Shown here piece by piece: positions 1 to 10,700 of a stretch of 64,000 bases of DNA; the stretch's first letter is position 1; every line of letters begins with the position of its first letter. The position numbers and the translations under genes are program-made. The stretch lies in IMG/VR virus record IMGVR_UViG_3300045988_108148. One strand, given 5' to 3'. Below the pieces are notes generated by a model. That model had not been told where the DNA came from. It worked only from the letters and a program-made list of their open reading frames with translations, and searched no databases. The stretch is from a virus.

Positions 1-917
1 AGGATAAAGAAGAGATTGAAGAAGAGGAGACTGAAGAAGAGATTGAAAAAGAATCTGAGGAGGAAACTGAAGAAGATGAGGTTGAATCTAAACAAGTATC
101 TGCTTTATTTGATGCGATTGCTGAAGAATTAGAATGGGATTTTGATGAAGAAGAGGAAGAAGAAAAACCAAAGACTGTGGAAGAATTGGTTAAGTATTTT
201 AAAGAAGTAATCGAAGAACAATCTACTCCAGAATATGCAAGCGAAGATGTTGCAAAATTAGATGAATTTGTTCGTAATGGTGGTAAGTTAGAAGATTATT
301 TCTCTATTACTCCGGACATTGATGTTGACAATGTTGATATTGAAAATGAAAATGAGCAAAAGATAGTATTGAGAGAGTTACTAGCTAGAAAAGGTTACAG
401 TGACAAACAAATTGCTAAGAAAATCGAAAGATTTGAAGATGCTGGAGTATTAGAGGATGAGGCAAAAGACGCAGTTGAGGAACTTCAAGAGATTGTTGCA
501 AAAGAGAAAGAAGAGCTATTAGAGCAACAAAGAATCAAAAAGGAGGAAATGGTACAGCGCCAACAAAAGTTTTTTGACGACGTTGTCGGTGAAATAAAGT
601 CCTTGGACAATATACGTGGTATTAAGATACCAGCTAAGGACAAGAAAGAATTATTGGCTTATATATTTAAAGCCGACGCTAGTGGAAAAACTCAGTACCA
701 AAAAGACTATTCCAAGAGCGTAAAGAATTTAATAGAGTCAGCTTATTTTACAATGCGAGGTGACACTTTGTTAGATGCTGCCAAAAAACAGGGTACTAGC
801 TCTGCTATTAAAAATCTGAAAAATAGTCTCAGATCAACAGGCGTTAGTAAAGGTACTAAGAGAATTAATACAAGTTCATCTAACTCTATTTTTAGTCGTG
901 CAGTACAACTACTTTAA
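1..917 (+). CDS. 5'-truncated, very acidic coiled-coil protein; possible scaffolding protein
   Basis: The frame of ORF 177..917 stays open back to the window edge (DKEEIEEEETEEE... from nt 3). It has Glu/Lys-rich helical low complexity and sits directly upstream of the capsid candidate. Confidence 0.5.
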   Translation, partial: DKEEIEEEETEEEIEKESEEETEEDEVESKQVSALFDAIAEELEWDFDEEEEEEKPKTVEELVKYFKEVIEEQSTPEYASEDVAKLDEFVRNGGKLEDYFSITPDIDVDNVDIENENEQKIVLRELLARKGYSDKQIAKKIERFEDAGVLEDEAKDAVEELQEIVAKEKEELLEQQRIKKEEMVQRQQKFFDDVVGEIKSLDNIRGIKIPAKDKKELLAYIFKADASGKTQYQKDYSKSVKNLIESAYFTMRGDTLLDAAKKQGTSSAIKNLKNSLRSTGVSKGTKRINTSSSNSIFSRAVQLL

Positions 918-942
918 TTAAAAATAAATTACTAACATTTAT

Positions 943-2430
943 ATGGATAACGGAATTTTAAATAATTTACAGATCGGTAGAGGTAAATGGTTCTCAGATC
1001 TTGTTGATGAGAATATGATTTCAAATGCAATGCTTACTAGACCGTATGAAGTAACCCGTGTTATTTCTTATGTATTCGGTTCTAAAGATGATGGTTATAG
1101 CACTTCTTTGGATGCGATTACTGGTGGTCTTGGCAATGTAATGACAATTGACCAAAGAGACTACGAATGGTCTGTAATGATTGATAGCGATAGAGCTGTG
1201 ACAATTCGCTCTGCAAAATGGCAGGGAACAGAAATCACTGCTGCAAATACTAGCACAGTTATGGCAGGTTTGGGTAACACACCTATCATGTTGTGGTTAG
1301 AGGACAAATGGTTTGGTCCTGGTGCAATTTTGGAATTTGATAATAGAGAGTATCAAGTACGTGTTTCTGGTGCTCCTTATCAAGATGGTAATGAATGGGT
1401 TTATACTTGTTTCATTGCAGATGGTCAATCTAACTCTTATATTCCTGGTGAATATTTGTTAGCCGGTCGTCAAGTATCTCGTTTAGCTTCTGCTTACGAA
1501 GAGTACAGTGAAGAGGGTGATATCCTGAATTATAATACTCATTTCAAGATGAGAAACTTCTTGTTTACGACTCGCTTGGATTATGATATTACAGGTACAG
1601 CTTATTCTACAGTACTTTGGATTGCTTTGAAAGATCCTAAAACTGGTAAGACTTCTTACTTGTGGTCTGACTATCAGGAATGGAAGGCAATGCGTGAGTG
1701 GTCTAAGAGATGTGAGAGAATGATGGTTTACTCTAAGTCTAATGTAAATAAAGATGGTTCTACTTCATTGTTAGGTACAAATGGCCGTCCGGTTTACATT
1801 CCTGCAGGTTTGTTGCAACAGATCGCTCCGTCTAACAGACGTTACTATACTGAATTGACTCCGGAATTGTTGGAAGACTTCTTGTTTGACTTGTCTTACA
1901 ATATCTTAGGTACTAACGAACGTAAGTTTGTTGCTTTGACTGGTGAAATGGGTATGAGAGAATTTGACCGTGTATTGAAACAAAAAGCAGCTACAATGAA
2001 CTTGATTGATACGAAGTTTATCAGTGGTTCTGGTCAGGCTTTGGTTTTAGGTGGTCAGTTTGTAACATACAAGATGACAAATGGCATCGAGTTGACATTG
2101 AAACATTTCCCGTTGTATGATGATACTACTTATAATCGTTTATTACATCCGGTATCTGGTAAACCACTGGAATCTTATAGAATGACATTCTTGGATCTTG
2201 GTAGACGTGATGGTCAAGCTAATATCGTTAAGGTTGTTCGTAAGGACCGTGAGATGGTTATCTGGAATACTTCAGGTTCTGTAGCTCCGGGAACTGGTTA
2301 CTCTAAGAATAAATCCACAGTAAGATCTAATGCAAAGGACGGTTACTCTGTTCACTTCTTAGGTGAGATGGGTATTATGCTTCGTGACCCCAGGGCATGT
2401 GGAGAGCTGCTGATGGAGGTCGAAGATTAG
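943..2430 (+). CDS. major capsid protein candidate (495 aa)
   Basis: The size and its position after an acidic scaffold-like gene at the head of the structural block fit a capsid protein. No signature motif could be verified by eye. Confidence 0.45.
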   Translation: MDNGILNNLQIGRGKWFSDLVDENMISNAMLTRPYEVTRVISYVFGSKDDGYSTSLDAITGGLGNVMTIDQRDYEWSVMIDSDRAVTIRSAKWQGTEITAANTSTVMAGLGNTPIMLWLEDKWFGPGAILEFDNREYQVRVSGAPYQDGNEWVYTCFIADGQSNSYIPGEYLLAGRQVSRLASAYEEYSEEGDILNYNTHFKMRNFLFTTRLDYDITGTAYSTVLWIALKDPKTGKTSYLWSDYQEWKAMREWSKRCERMMVYSKSNVNKDGSTSLLGTNGRPVYIPAGLLQQIAPSNRRYYTELTPELLEDFLFDLSYNILGTNERKFVALTGEMGMREFDRVLKQKAATMNLIDTKFISGSGQALVLGGQFVTYKMTNGIELTLKHFPLYDDTTYNRLLHPVSGKPLESYRMTFLDLGRRDGQANIVKVVRKDREMVIWNTSGSVAPGTGYSKNKSTVRSNAKDGYSVHFLGEMGIMLRDPRACGELLMEVED

Positions 2431-2496
2431 TTCAAAATAATTGGAACTTATTATGGAAGTTGACGTTTATAATAGTGAGTTTAAAAATTTACTATT

Positions 2497-3123
2497 ATGC
2501 GAACATACGAAGTATATAAGATAACCAACAAAGTAACTAATAAAATTTATATAGGAATAACAAATCAGGGCTCCGGTGCTAGATACAGACATCATTGGTA
2601 TGAAGCTCGCATCGGAGAACCTGCTCCTATTCATAAATCCATGGCAAAATATGGAGAAGATAATTTCACATTAGAAGTCATTGACTTTGCAGAAAATGCC
2701 GAGGAGTTAAAAGAAAAAGAAAAATATTACATAAAATTCTTTAACAGCAAAGATAGAAAAATAGGTTATAATTTAACTGACGGAGGTGATGGAACTTTTG
2801 GTAGAAGACATTCTGATGAAACTAAAGAAAAAATGAGACAAAAAGCTTTAGGTAGAAAAGTTTCTGAGGAAGCAAAGAAAAGAATGTCAGAAACACACAA
2901 ATTAAATTATTCTGATGAACACAGAAAAGCGGTTGCTGAAAGTAATGCCAGACGTACAAAGAAAGTATTAATGTTTGATAAAGATTTGAATGTAATTAAA
3001 GAATTTAACAGTTTAAAAGAAGCTGCAGCAGAAACTAAAATTCATTCTACAACTATTAGAAAATCCATAAGAGGAAATAAAATAAGTTATGATTATGTCT
3101 TTAGATTCAAAGATGCAGTATAA
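2497..3123 (+). CDS. GIY-YIG homing endonuclease (free-standing, I-TevI/Seg-like)
   Basis: N-terminal motifs VYKITN...IYIGIT, ARYRHH, EKEKYYI and GYNLTDGG match the GIY-YIG catalytic core. NUMOD3-like repeats (GRRHSDETKEKM, GRKVSEEAKKRM) and a C-terminal HTH-like segment (FNSLKEAAAETKIHSTTIRKSI) follow. Confidence 0.85.
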   Translation: MRTYEVYKITNKVTNKIYIGITNQGSGARYRHHWYEARIGEPAPIHKSMAKYGEDNFTLEVIDFAENAEELKEKEKYYIKFFNSKDRKIGYNLTDGGDGTFGRRHSDETKEKMRQKALGRKVSEEAKKRMSETHKLNYSDEHRKAVAESNARRTKKVLMFDKDLNVIKEFNSLKEAAAETKIHSTTIRKSIRGNKISYDYVFRFKDAV

Positions 3124-3135
3124 CAACAAAATACT

Positions 3136-3888
3136 ATGGATATTATATTAAAATTCGCCCGTACAAATCCATGGGCTGGAATAGCTAAGTATAAGAATTG
3201 TAAAGATTATATCAGTACTTACTGGACAAGATCTGGTAATAGATATACTGGTTTAACCCCAGAAGATGCTAGACGTTTGGAGAAAGAAATGGGATATGAA
3301 GAAGGACATTTATCTCCACAAAGTGGATTCTGGAAAACATATGCAATTGGTTTAGGCGCAAGAGATAAAGTTTTACATACTGAAAGACCTGAAGATGAAC
3401 TTGCATATTTATTTTTAAAAGGACACAAAAGAGTAGCGAATGGAATCAATAATCTTAAGCCTACTCATGATTATGTTCTTGTAAATAAAGAAATTGAGGC
3501 TGAAGAAGCTAACAAAAGAAATAAAGCTAAACGTGAGGCATTCTCTGAATTTAATAAGATGTCAATTGAGGAAATGCGCAAATGTTTACGCTTATATGGT
3601 CACAAGACTGATAATATCAGTAATGAGCTAGTTGAAAGTAGTTTATTTGATCTCATTGAAAACAATCCTGATAAGTTCTTCTTGATTTGGGTAAACAACA
3701 AAGTAAGAGATACTCAATACATTATTGAAGCAGCTATTTCAAAGAATGTAATTCGTAAATCTAAAAATATCTATTACTATGGTACTGATATCATTGGTAG
3801 AAGTTTAGAAGATGCTATTGCTTCATTAAATGATAAAAAGAATCAGGATATCAAAATGACTATACTTCAAGAAATCGAATCTAAGTAA
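3136..3888 (+). CDS. hypothetical protein (250 aa)
   Basis: Long ORF with an ATG start 13 nt after the preceding stop, co-oriented with its neighbours. No recognisable motif. Confidence 0.55.
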   Translation: MDIILKFARTNPWAGIAKYKNCKDYISTYWTRSGNRYTGLTPEDARRLEKEMGYEEGHLSPQSGFWKTYAIGLGARDKVLHTERPEDELAYLFLKGHKRVANGINNLKPTHDYVLVNKEIEAEEANKRNKAKREAFSEFNKMSIEEMRKCLRLYGHKTDNISNELVESSLFDLIENNPDKFFLIWVNNKVRDTQYIIEAAISKNVIRKSKNIYYYGTDIIGRSLEDAIASLNDKKNQDIKMTILQEIESK

Positions 3889-3896
3889 AAGTAAAC

Positions 3897-4607
3897 ATGA
3901 CAGTATTAGAAGCACATATAGCGTTTAAGATTGAAGCAGATAAAAATGCCGTTAATATTGGTATATCTGGTTGTCCATCTTTTTTACCTGAGGAAATTGA
4001 TTATTGGTTATATACAGCGTATCTAAGTAAGATAGCTACTAAAGCTACTGGTAACAATACTCTTAGAATACCATTTGAAGGTAATGTAAAAAGAGTAGCA
4101 GACTTAGAAGGTTTAGTAAAAACTGATAAGGGATTGTCTTTACTAAGTGAATCTATAAGTAATAGACTTACTATGAATAATTTCAAATCTAGTATTACTT
4201 ATGGTGATGATACTCAAGATAAGCGTATGTACTTCTTAGAAGGAATTTTACATTTTGGTAGTAATAAAATAGCTACAGTAAAACTTATTAGTCACGAACA
4301 AGCTACTAGATTCTTAGAAACTTATAATAATAAACCTTGGATTGAAGAACCTGTAGCAATACTGGAAGATAATAAGTTAATAGTATTTATAGATAGGGAT
4401 CTTATGGTAGGTCCCTATACTATAGATATTACTTATCTAGCATACCCAAGAAAGATTAATAATCAAGATATTACGTCTACTCTGGATGAAATCCCAGAGT
4501 ATATGCAATATGAAGTAGTTAAATTAGCTGCTGACATGGCAATTGAGAATATTGAATCTCCAAGAACTCAAACACATCCACAGTACGTAGCACAATTATC
4601 AGAGTAA
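3897..4607 (+). CDS. virion-module protein, paralog 1 of a tandem triplet
   Basis: It shares motifs with the next two genes: N-terminal AFxxExD and EIDYWL, central KRVADLEGLV, and C-terminal ITYLAYPRKI and IPEYMQYEVVKLAADMAIE. Confidence 0.6.
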   Translation: MTVLEAHIAFKIEADKNAVNIGISGCPSFLPEEIDYWLYTAYLSKIATKATGNNTLRIPFEGNVKRVADLEGLVKTDKGLSLLSESISNRLTMNNFKSSITYGDDTQDKRMYFLEGILHFGSNKIATVKLISHEQATRFLETYNNKPWIEEPVAILEDNKLIVFIDRDLMVGPYTIDITYLAYPRKINNQDITSTLDEIPEYMQYEVVKLAADMAIENIESPRTQTHPQYVAQLSE

Positions 4608-4608
4608 T

Positions 4609-5307
4609 ATGAGTAGTAAGGAAATGCAAATGGAATTCGAAAGACGAATTCAACTTATTAGCCCAGATCTTATTATAGATGAGAAACCTAACTCTGATCT
4701 TATATTTTCAATACTAAATGAAGCTCAAGATAGGTATGTAATGATGAATTATGTTGGTGATGATCAAATGGAAACTGAAACTAACATACATACTAGAAAT
4801 ACAGACTCTATTAAGAGTTTATTAGTAGAAAAAGAGTTAACCGCAACAGGTACTACTCTTAATGGTTTCACAAGATACAGATTACCATATGTACCTACTG
4901 AAGAATATTTCTTATATGTACATTCTTTTAGTAAAGTAAAAGGTACATATAAACAATACAAAGATTTTGTTAGAGTAGATAATCAATTAGTTAAGTATAG
5001 GGATCTTGGTAAGTTTATTAAAACTGCATACAATACACCTATCATTAGGCAACCTGCTGTTGCATTAGTATCAGATCCTACTACTAAATATAACTATATA
5101 GAAGTAGCAGTAGATGCATATACTACATTAGGTAATGTTACATTAACTTACTATAGAAAACCATTAAGATTTAATACTACTGATGGAGCTAGTAAATGTG
5201 AACTACCAGAATCAATTCATAGTGAAATTGTAGATTTAGCAGTTAATATGTTTATTACTGAAGGTAAATATAGATTACAAGTAAAACAACCAAATAATCA
5301 ACAATAA
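4609..5307 (+). CDS. virion-module protein, paralog 2 of a tandem triplet
   Basis: Same length class (232 aa) with shared C-terminal motifs LTYYRKPLRF and LPESIHSEIVDLAVNMFITE. Its start lies 1 nt after the previous stop. Confidence 0.6.
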   Translation: MSSKEMQMEFERRIQLISPDLIIDEKPNSDLIFSILNEAQDRYVMMNYVGDDQMETETNIHTRNTDSIKSLLVEKELTATGTTLNGFTRYRLPYVPTEEYFLYVHSFSKVKGTYKQYKDFVRVDNQLVKYRDLGKFIKTAYNTPIIRQPAVALVSDPTTKYNYIEVAVDAYTTLGNVTLTYYRKPLRFNTTDGASKCELPESIHSEIVDLAVNMFITEGKYRLQVKQPNNQQ

Positions 5308-6008
5308 TGAAGTATATTGAATTACAAACAGCATTTGAATTAGAAATAGATCAATTAGATGACAATCTAACAAAACCTACTACTTCAGATATTGAGTATT
5401 GGTTAATGGCTGGATTAGATAAATTTATCAAAACTAGATATTCTGGTATTAATTTCAAGCAAACTGGATTTGAACAAGACCAAAAAAGAATTGATGATCT
5501 TCGTACATTAGTTACTAGAAAATCTTATCAATTTACTACATATCCAGAAGAGTATACAGTTACTCTACCAGATGATTATATGTTTACTGTAGGAGAAACT
5601 GCTGTAATATTTAGTTATGATCATTGTTGGCCTGTGGGTCCAAGTGGTCAACCAAGAACTAAAAATACAGATGTGTTAGAAGCCACAGTAGAAAATATAG
5701 ATAGACAAAGACAAAACACTTTGTCAGAATATAGATTACATGGTAGATCTGCTAGACCATTAAGATTGTATGAAGGAAACGAAATCCATTTATATACAGA
5801 TGGTAATTATAATATAAGAAATTATATTCTCACTTACTTGAGAACTCCTAAAAGGATTAGTCTTACTGATGCTCCATTTGATGAGTATACAGATATGCCA
5901 GCTGCAACTCATAATGAGATAGTTAAGTTAGCGGTAGAGTTGTATTTGGAAAATAAGGCTAATCCAAGATATCAATCGTATATGAACGAAGTTAGTACAA
6001 TGGAATGA
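5307..6008 (+). CDS. virion-module protein, paralog 3 of a tandem triplet
   Basis: Motifs TAFELEIDQ, SDIEYWL, KRIDDLRTLV, LTYLRTPKRI and MPAATHNEIVKLAVELYLE align with paralogs 1 and 2. Its ATG overlaps the previous stop. Confidence 0.6.
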   Translation: MKYIELQTAFELEIDQLDDNLTKPTTSDIEYWLMAGLDKFIKTRYSGINFKQTGFEQDQKRIDDLRTLVTRKSYQFTTYPEEYTVTLPDDYMFTVGETAVIFSYDHCWPVGPSGQPRTKNTDVLEATVENIDRQRQNTLSEYRLHGRSARPLRLYEGNEIHLYTDGNYNIRNYILTYLRTPKRISLTDAPFDEYTDMPAATHNEIVKLAVELYLENKANPRYQSYMNEVSTME

Positions 6009-6122
6009 TTATACGAAATAGTTTAGTTTGACGAGGAAATCTGAAACACGAAAGTAGAAGAACTAATCAAAATGTTAAGCTAGACGTCTAATTAAAGTTT
6101 AACAAAAATAAAAATAAAAATT

Positions 6123-7100
6123 ATGCTTAATCATGTGAATACGGTACTTATTGGTACTGATGCACCTACATCTTATACGACAGTAGATGCATTGACAGAA
6201 GGTCAGATTGCATTATTTGATCAAAATAGAGCAATTGTAAAAGATGCAGCTGGAGCTAAAGCTGCTAGTTCATTGTACATTGGCGTTTGTGAAGGCAAAG
6301 AAGATGTTTATAATGGAGAAGGAACAAAATCAACTAAATCAGTTATTCGTTTTTCAATGCCTATCATGAAGGGTTCTAAACCTAACATGGTATTTAGTAA
6401 ATATGTAGCTGCAGCTGAAGATAAAATTGTAATCACAGCTACTAATGTTACTCCGGAAGTTGGTCATCGTTATGTATTACGTTTAGTGTACAATGACATC
6501 TATGAGGCACCTGGGCAATTTACTCATACTTATGAAGTAATTGCAAAGAGTACTAATGCAACTGATTTGATTACAGCTTTCAAAAACAAAATCAACAAAC
6601 ACAAAGAAGCCAGAGTAGTAGCAACTAGTGATGCTGCTGTTCTTACATTGAATGCTAAGGAAATGCCGTATAACGAAGGTATTATGTTAGACTCAAATTA
6701 TTCTCAGGTTTCTGTGGAAGCATTTATGGGGAAAACTATTCCTTCCGGTTTGTTGAGTAATGTAATGTATCCTATTGCCAATTTAACGATTGCTAAAACT
6801 CAAGGTACTCCAGGTAAGGGTAATCCGAAAATTGTTCGTGATCGTGAAAATGCAGCTCTTGGTTACAGAGGTATCACACACCGTGCAAATGGTATATATC
6901 CGTGCATTGCTCCTGAGTTGAAAGCCGATTTAAGTGCTACTTACGATACATTGTCTATCGAATGGGATAATAAATATCTTAGTGATGATAATCAATATAT
7001 TAAAACAACTCCATTAGCTTGTGAATTGTATGTAAATGCTGGTGAACTTGATGACTCTGCATTTATGACAGCTTTAAAAGCTTTTGTAGAAGTTGCTTAA
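6123..7100 (+). CDS. virion structural protein candidate (325 aa), probably its own transcription unit
   Basis: It is preceded by a 114-nt intergenic gap and followed by a strong intrinsic terminator. Ala/Thr/Val-rich beta-type composition. Confidence 0.5.
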   Translation: MLNHVNTVLIGTDAPTSYTTVDALTEGQIALFDQNRAIVKDAAGAKAASSLYIGVCEGKEDVYNGEGTKSTKSVIRFSMPIMKGSKPNMVFSKYVAAAEDKIVITATNVTPEVGHRYVLRLVYNDIYEAPGQFTHTYEVIAKSTNATDLITAFKNKINKHKEARVVATSDAAVLTLNAKEMPYNEGIMLDSNYSQVSVEAFMGKTIPSGLLSNVMYPIANLTIAKTQGTPGKGNPKIVRDRENAALGYRGITHRANGIYPCIAPELKADLSATYDTLSIEWDNKYLSDDNQYIKTTPLACELYVNAGELDDSAFMTALKAFVEVA

Positions 7101-7121
7101 TCAAAAAATATAATTCAAACC

Positions 7122-7164
7122 AAAAAGGGGATTGGGAGTAATATCCCTTTCCCCTTTTATTTTA
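7122..7164 (+). terminator. rho-independent terminator
   Basis: The arm aaaaGGGGattGGGA, loop gtaata and arm TCCCtttCCCCtttt form a hairpin, followed by a T-run (ttttatttt). Confidence 0.7.
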
Positions 7165-7176
7165 TATACGATTGAT

Positions 7177-7443
7177 ATGGAAATGAATGAATCATTGTAT
7201 TATGCAGAAATAAAACTGCTAACTACGTATTGCCACAACTGCCTAGATAACAAAATGAAGGATAAAATAATGATGTTTCTGTTTAAGAAAACACTTTATG
7301 ATAATGCTACTACTTTGAATCTTGCAGATGATGCAGAACAGTATTATAATGAAATGCTGAATTTACTTGATATGAGAACGTGTAATTGTACTATTGATAA
7401 CTGTAAAAATTGTAAAGATGGATATTGCGAATTATGTAAGTAA
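7177..7443 (+). CDS. small Cys-rich (zinc-ribbon-like) protein
   Basis: The start is moved to ATG 7177 because the 7132 start of the ORF track lies inside the terminator hairpin. Motifs CHNC ... CNC..DNCKNCKDGYCELC. Confidence 0.45.
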   Translation: MEMNESLYYAEIKLLTTYCHNCLDNKMKDKIMMFLFKKTLYDNATTLNLADDAEQYYNEMLNLLDMRTCNCTIDNCKNCKDGYCELCK

Positions 7444-7717
7444 AGTTGGTGAATTAGTTAATCAGTCTACTAAGTACAATACAAAACTGGATAGAACTTC
7501 TATTACTAATTTAGTATTATTGTTACATTTAGACAAATTATCTAGTTGGGCCAGTACTAAATTGGGTGATGAAGATTTTCCCATTACTCAGGAGGATGTA
7601 GATAAAATTATAGGATATATACATTGTTTAAAAAAACAAATTAATTTCTATCCAGAAAAAGATATCGACAATGATTGTATATTGACAGAAATTGAAGAAC
7701 ACATAATCCAAGAGTAA
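7418..7717 (+). CDS. hypothetical small protein
   Basis: ORF 7394..7717; the first ATG in frame is at 7418. It overlaps the previous gene end and abuts the fibre gene. Confidence 0.4.
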   Translation: MDIANYVSKVGELVNQSTKYNTKLDRTSITNLVLLLHLDKLSSWASTKLGDEDFPITQEDVDKIIGYIHCLKKQINFYPEKDIDNDCILTEIEEHIIQE

Positions 7718-7718
7718 T

Positions 7719-10700
7719 ATGAATAAAAAGATATCACAATTTGAACTAACAACTAAACTGCAAGAGCAAGACCTCATTACCCTTGTACAAGATGGTAGTA
7801 ATAAAAATATTACTAGTGGAAGTTTTACTACATCACTATCAGGTACATTTGCTACTAATGAGAGAGTAGATGCTGTAGAAGAAGATGTTGAGATACTAGA
7901 TACTAAAGTAAATGATAACTATAAAGATCTTAGTAATAAGATAGTAGAAGGAGATACTAGTGTAACTACTAATCTTAATAGTGCTATCACTAGTTACTAT
8001 GATGTATTGAATAATAAGATCATTACTTTAGATACTAAGCATGACACCGATATGTCAGAGATTGGTGGTACTATGCAAGAATGGATAGATGATATTGATA
8101 ATAGATCTACATTACAACAATTACAGGATGCTCTCAATAGACTTACTGTAGCTGAGAATACTATTACAGCATTATCTGAACTTATTGCAAATGGTGGAGG
8201 TAGTGGATCTGCTCCAGGCTATCACACCCAAAGTACTGCTACGATATTTCCTTTATCTGGTTATTATAAAGCAAATGATGCATCTCCATTAACTACTACA
8301 GATACATTAAATCAAGCTTTATCTAAACTTGAAAATCAAGTAGAAGCAGTAGCTAGCAGTTCTGGTTCTTTACCTGTTATAAAAAGAGGGGAAAGTACTC
8401 CACCAAGTGACTATTTTTTATATACCTCTGCAAAAGTAGCAGAAGATTATATTAATAAACACGGCGATGAGGTTGATGGAAGAATAGATTATATAACTGG
8501 TTGGCAAGGTGGTAAAACATTTAGACAAGGTTGGGATGGAGTTGGAGCTAGCTTATATCCTCTTGGATCTAAGTGGAATTTAGAACTGGACAATTTATTT
8601 GTAAGAGGCAACATGACAGTTAATGAACTTACAGTAAATGAAATCAAAGCTGTTGGTGGAGATATTCTCGTTACTGTTGCTGACATGAAGTGTGTCAAAG
8701 TAGAAGAATTAGCAGACTCTTATAAATGTTATTTTGATACAGAAGATGGAACTAAACATAATCAATTTATAGCTAATGATTTAGCAATATGTCAAAAATT
8801 TGATGGACACAATGTAAAGAGATACTGGCGTAAAGTTAATGCTACAGGAACAGACTGTATTTATTTATCTAAAGATGTATGTGAACCTGGTAGTGGAAAA
8901 CCAGAAGCAGATGATGAAATATTGCAATTAGGCCATATGTACGAATCTGATCCAGACTACAATTTACAAATGGATGAGAGACGTAATGCAATCTTTATTA
9001 GTGCTAAAGGTGAAAATGCTCCTAGAATATCATTCTATAAAAATATAGATACATTTTCATTAGCAGATGAAGATGGTCTTACTAGAGAAAGAGTAGTTAT
9101 TGGTGGAAATGAAACTAAATTTATAGGAACTATATCACAAACATCAGGAAATGATATAGTCAGAGTACCTGTATATAAAGGTGTATGGGTAGCCGGGAAT
9201 ACTTATTTTTATTATGATCAAGTAACTCATAAAGGTAGTTTATGGATTTGTATGAATCCTAATGGTACTAAGGACGAACCTAGTGAAACAGATGACGAGT
9301 GGCAGAAACAAGTAGCAAAAGGAGATGATGGTAAGTCTGGAGATGATGTTGCTAAATGGGTAGAAATAGTAGGAGACAGATTGTTTTTATTCCAAACTCC
9401 TGACTTTTCAGGTGTTCCAGAACCTACTAGCATTCACTTAACTGCAAATGTTTATGGCATAGAAGCACCGGTGTATGAGTGGACATATCAAGATGGTTCT
9501 GGTACAATTATATCACATCAAAGTTCGATTGATTTTCCATATACATCAATGCCTACAAGCTCTCGTACTTTAACGTTAAGGTGTACTGTAACACATTCAG
9601 ATGGAACTAAATATTATGACGATGTACAATTAGCAAAATTATCAAATGGTGCTGAGGGTTTAGATGCCTATTATATTGATTTAACTAACGGTACTGTTGC
9701 AATACCTTTTGCATCTGATGGTGTGACGCCATTAGTAGATTTAAGTACTATTAGTACTGCAGTATATGCATATAGAGGTATTAATCAAGTTGCAATTAAG
9801 ACGATAACCACTAATACTTCACAAGGTATAGCAACTGTATCTATTAATGCTAATACAATAACACTTACCTCAATATCTACAGCAAGTGCGGCAATAGATT
9901 TAAATGTTACATTAGAAGATGGTGTCAGTGTAACTAAAACATGGTATATTAATAAGACTTCTAATGGAGAAAATGGATTTAATGGTGAAGATGCTACATA
10001 TGTGACTATGTCAGGAGATCAATTTTTTCATTATAAATCTGGTGCTTTGATACCAGATCCAACTACTATTACTTTAACTACAGATGCATTTAATTTATTA
10101 TCTCCTACTTTTCAATGGTATTGGGCAATAGCAGGTACATACGATTGGCAGTTGCTACAAAATGAAACAAAAAATACATTAGTAGTTTCATATAATGGTG
10201 TTTATTTTACTAGTACAGGAAAAGATGAAATAACTTTCAAATGTGAAGTTAGTGGTTCTGGAACAGTATACTCAGACTTTATGACTATTAATAATGTAAG
10301 AGACGGTGAAAATGTATACAGAGGTATACTTACTAACGAAAATGCATCTGTTCCTGCTGATTCTGCTGGTGTAGTGTCTAGTTATAATACTGCTACTACT
10401 CAAGCAAGGTTAAAATATGGTTCACAAGAAATAACTGATTTTAAACTAATAACTACATTACAAACCGGTACTGGTACACTATCTTATACACAAAGTACAC
10501 AAACTATTAAATGTACTCAACTTGGTACTGATTACGCATTATGGAGAGTTGATTTTGTTACTCCAGCAACAGGTGGTACGGTTGTAGATTCAGTTGATTT
10601 TGTACTAACAAAAGCTAAATCTGGTACAGATGGTAATCCTGGTACAAGTCCAATACCTATATATTGTAATACTACTGGAAATAAACCTTCTAGACCAACA

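Noticed and set aside
2390-3135. Group I intron carrying the GIY-YIG ORF and interrupting the capsid gene
   Set aside because: Only about 66 nt upstream and 12 nt downstream of the endonuclease ORF are non-coding, which is too little for an intron core. The downstream 250-aa ORF has its own ATG and does not look like a capsid continuation.
6009-6122. Bacteroides-type promoter (TTTG / TAnnTTTG) upstream of the 325-aa gene
   Set aside because: I could not find an exact TAnnTTTG match (tagtttg has only one spacer base). The region is left unannotated rather than guessed.
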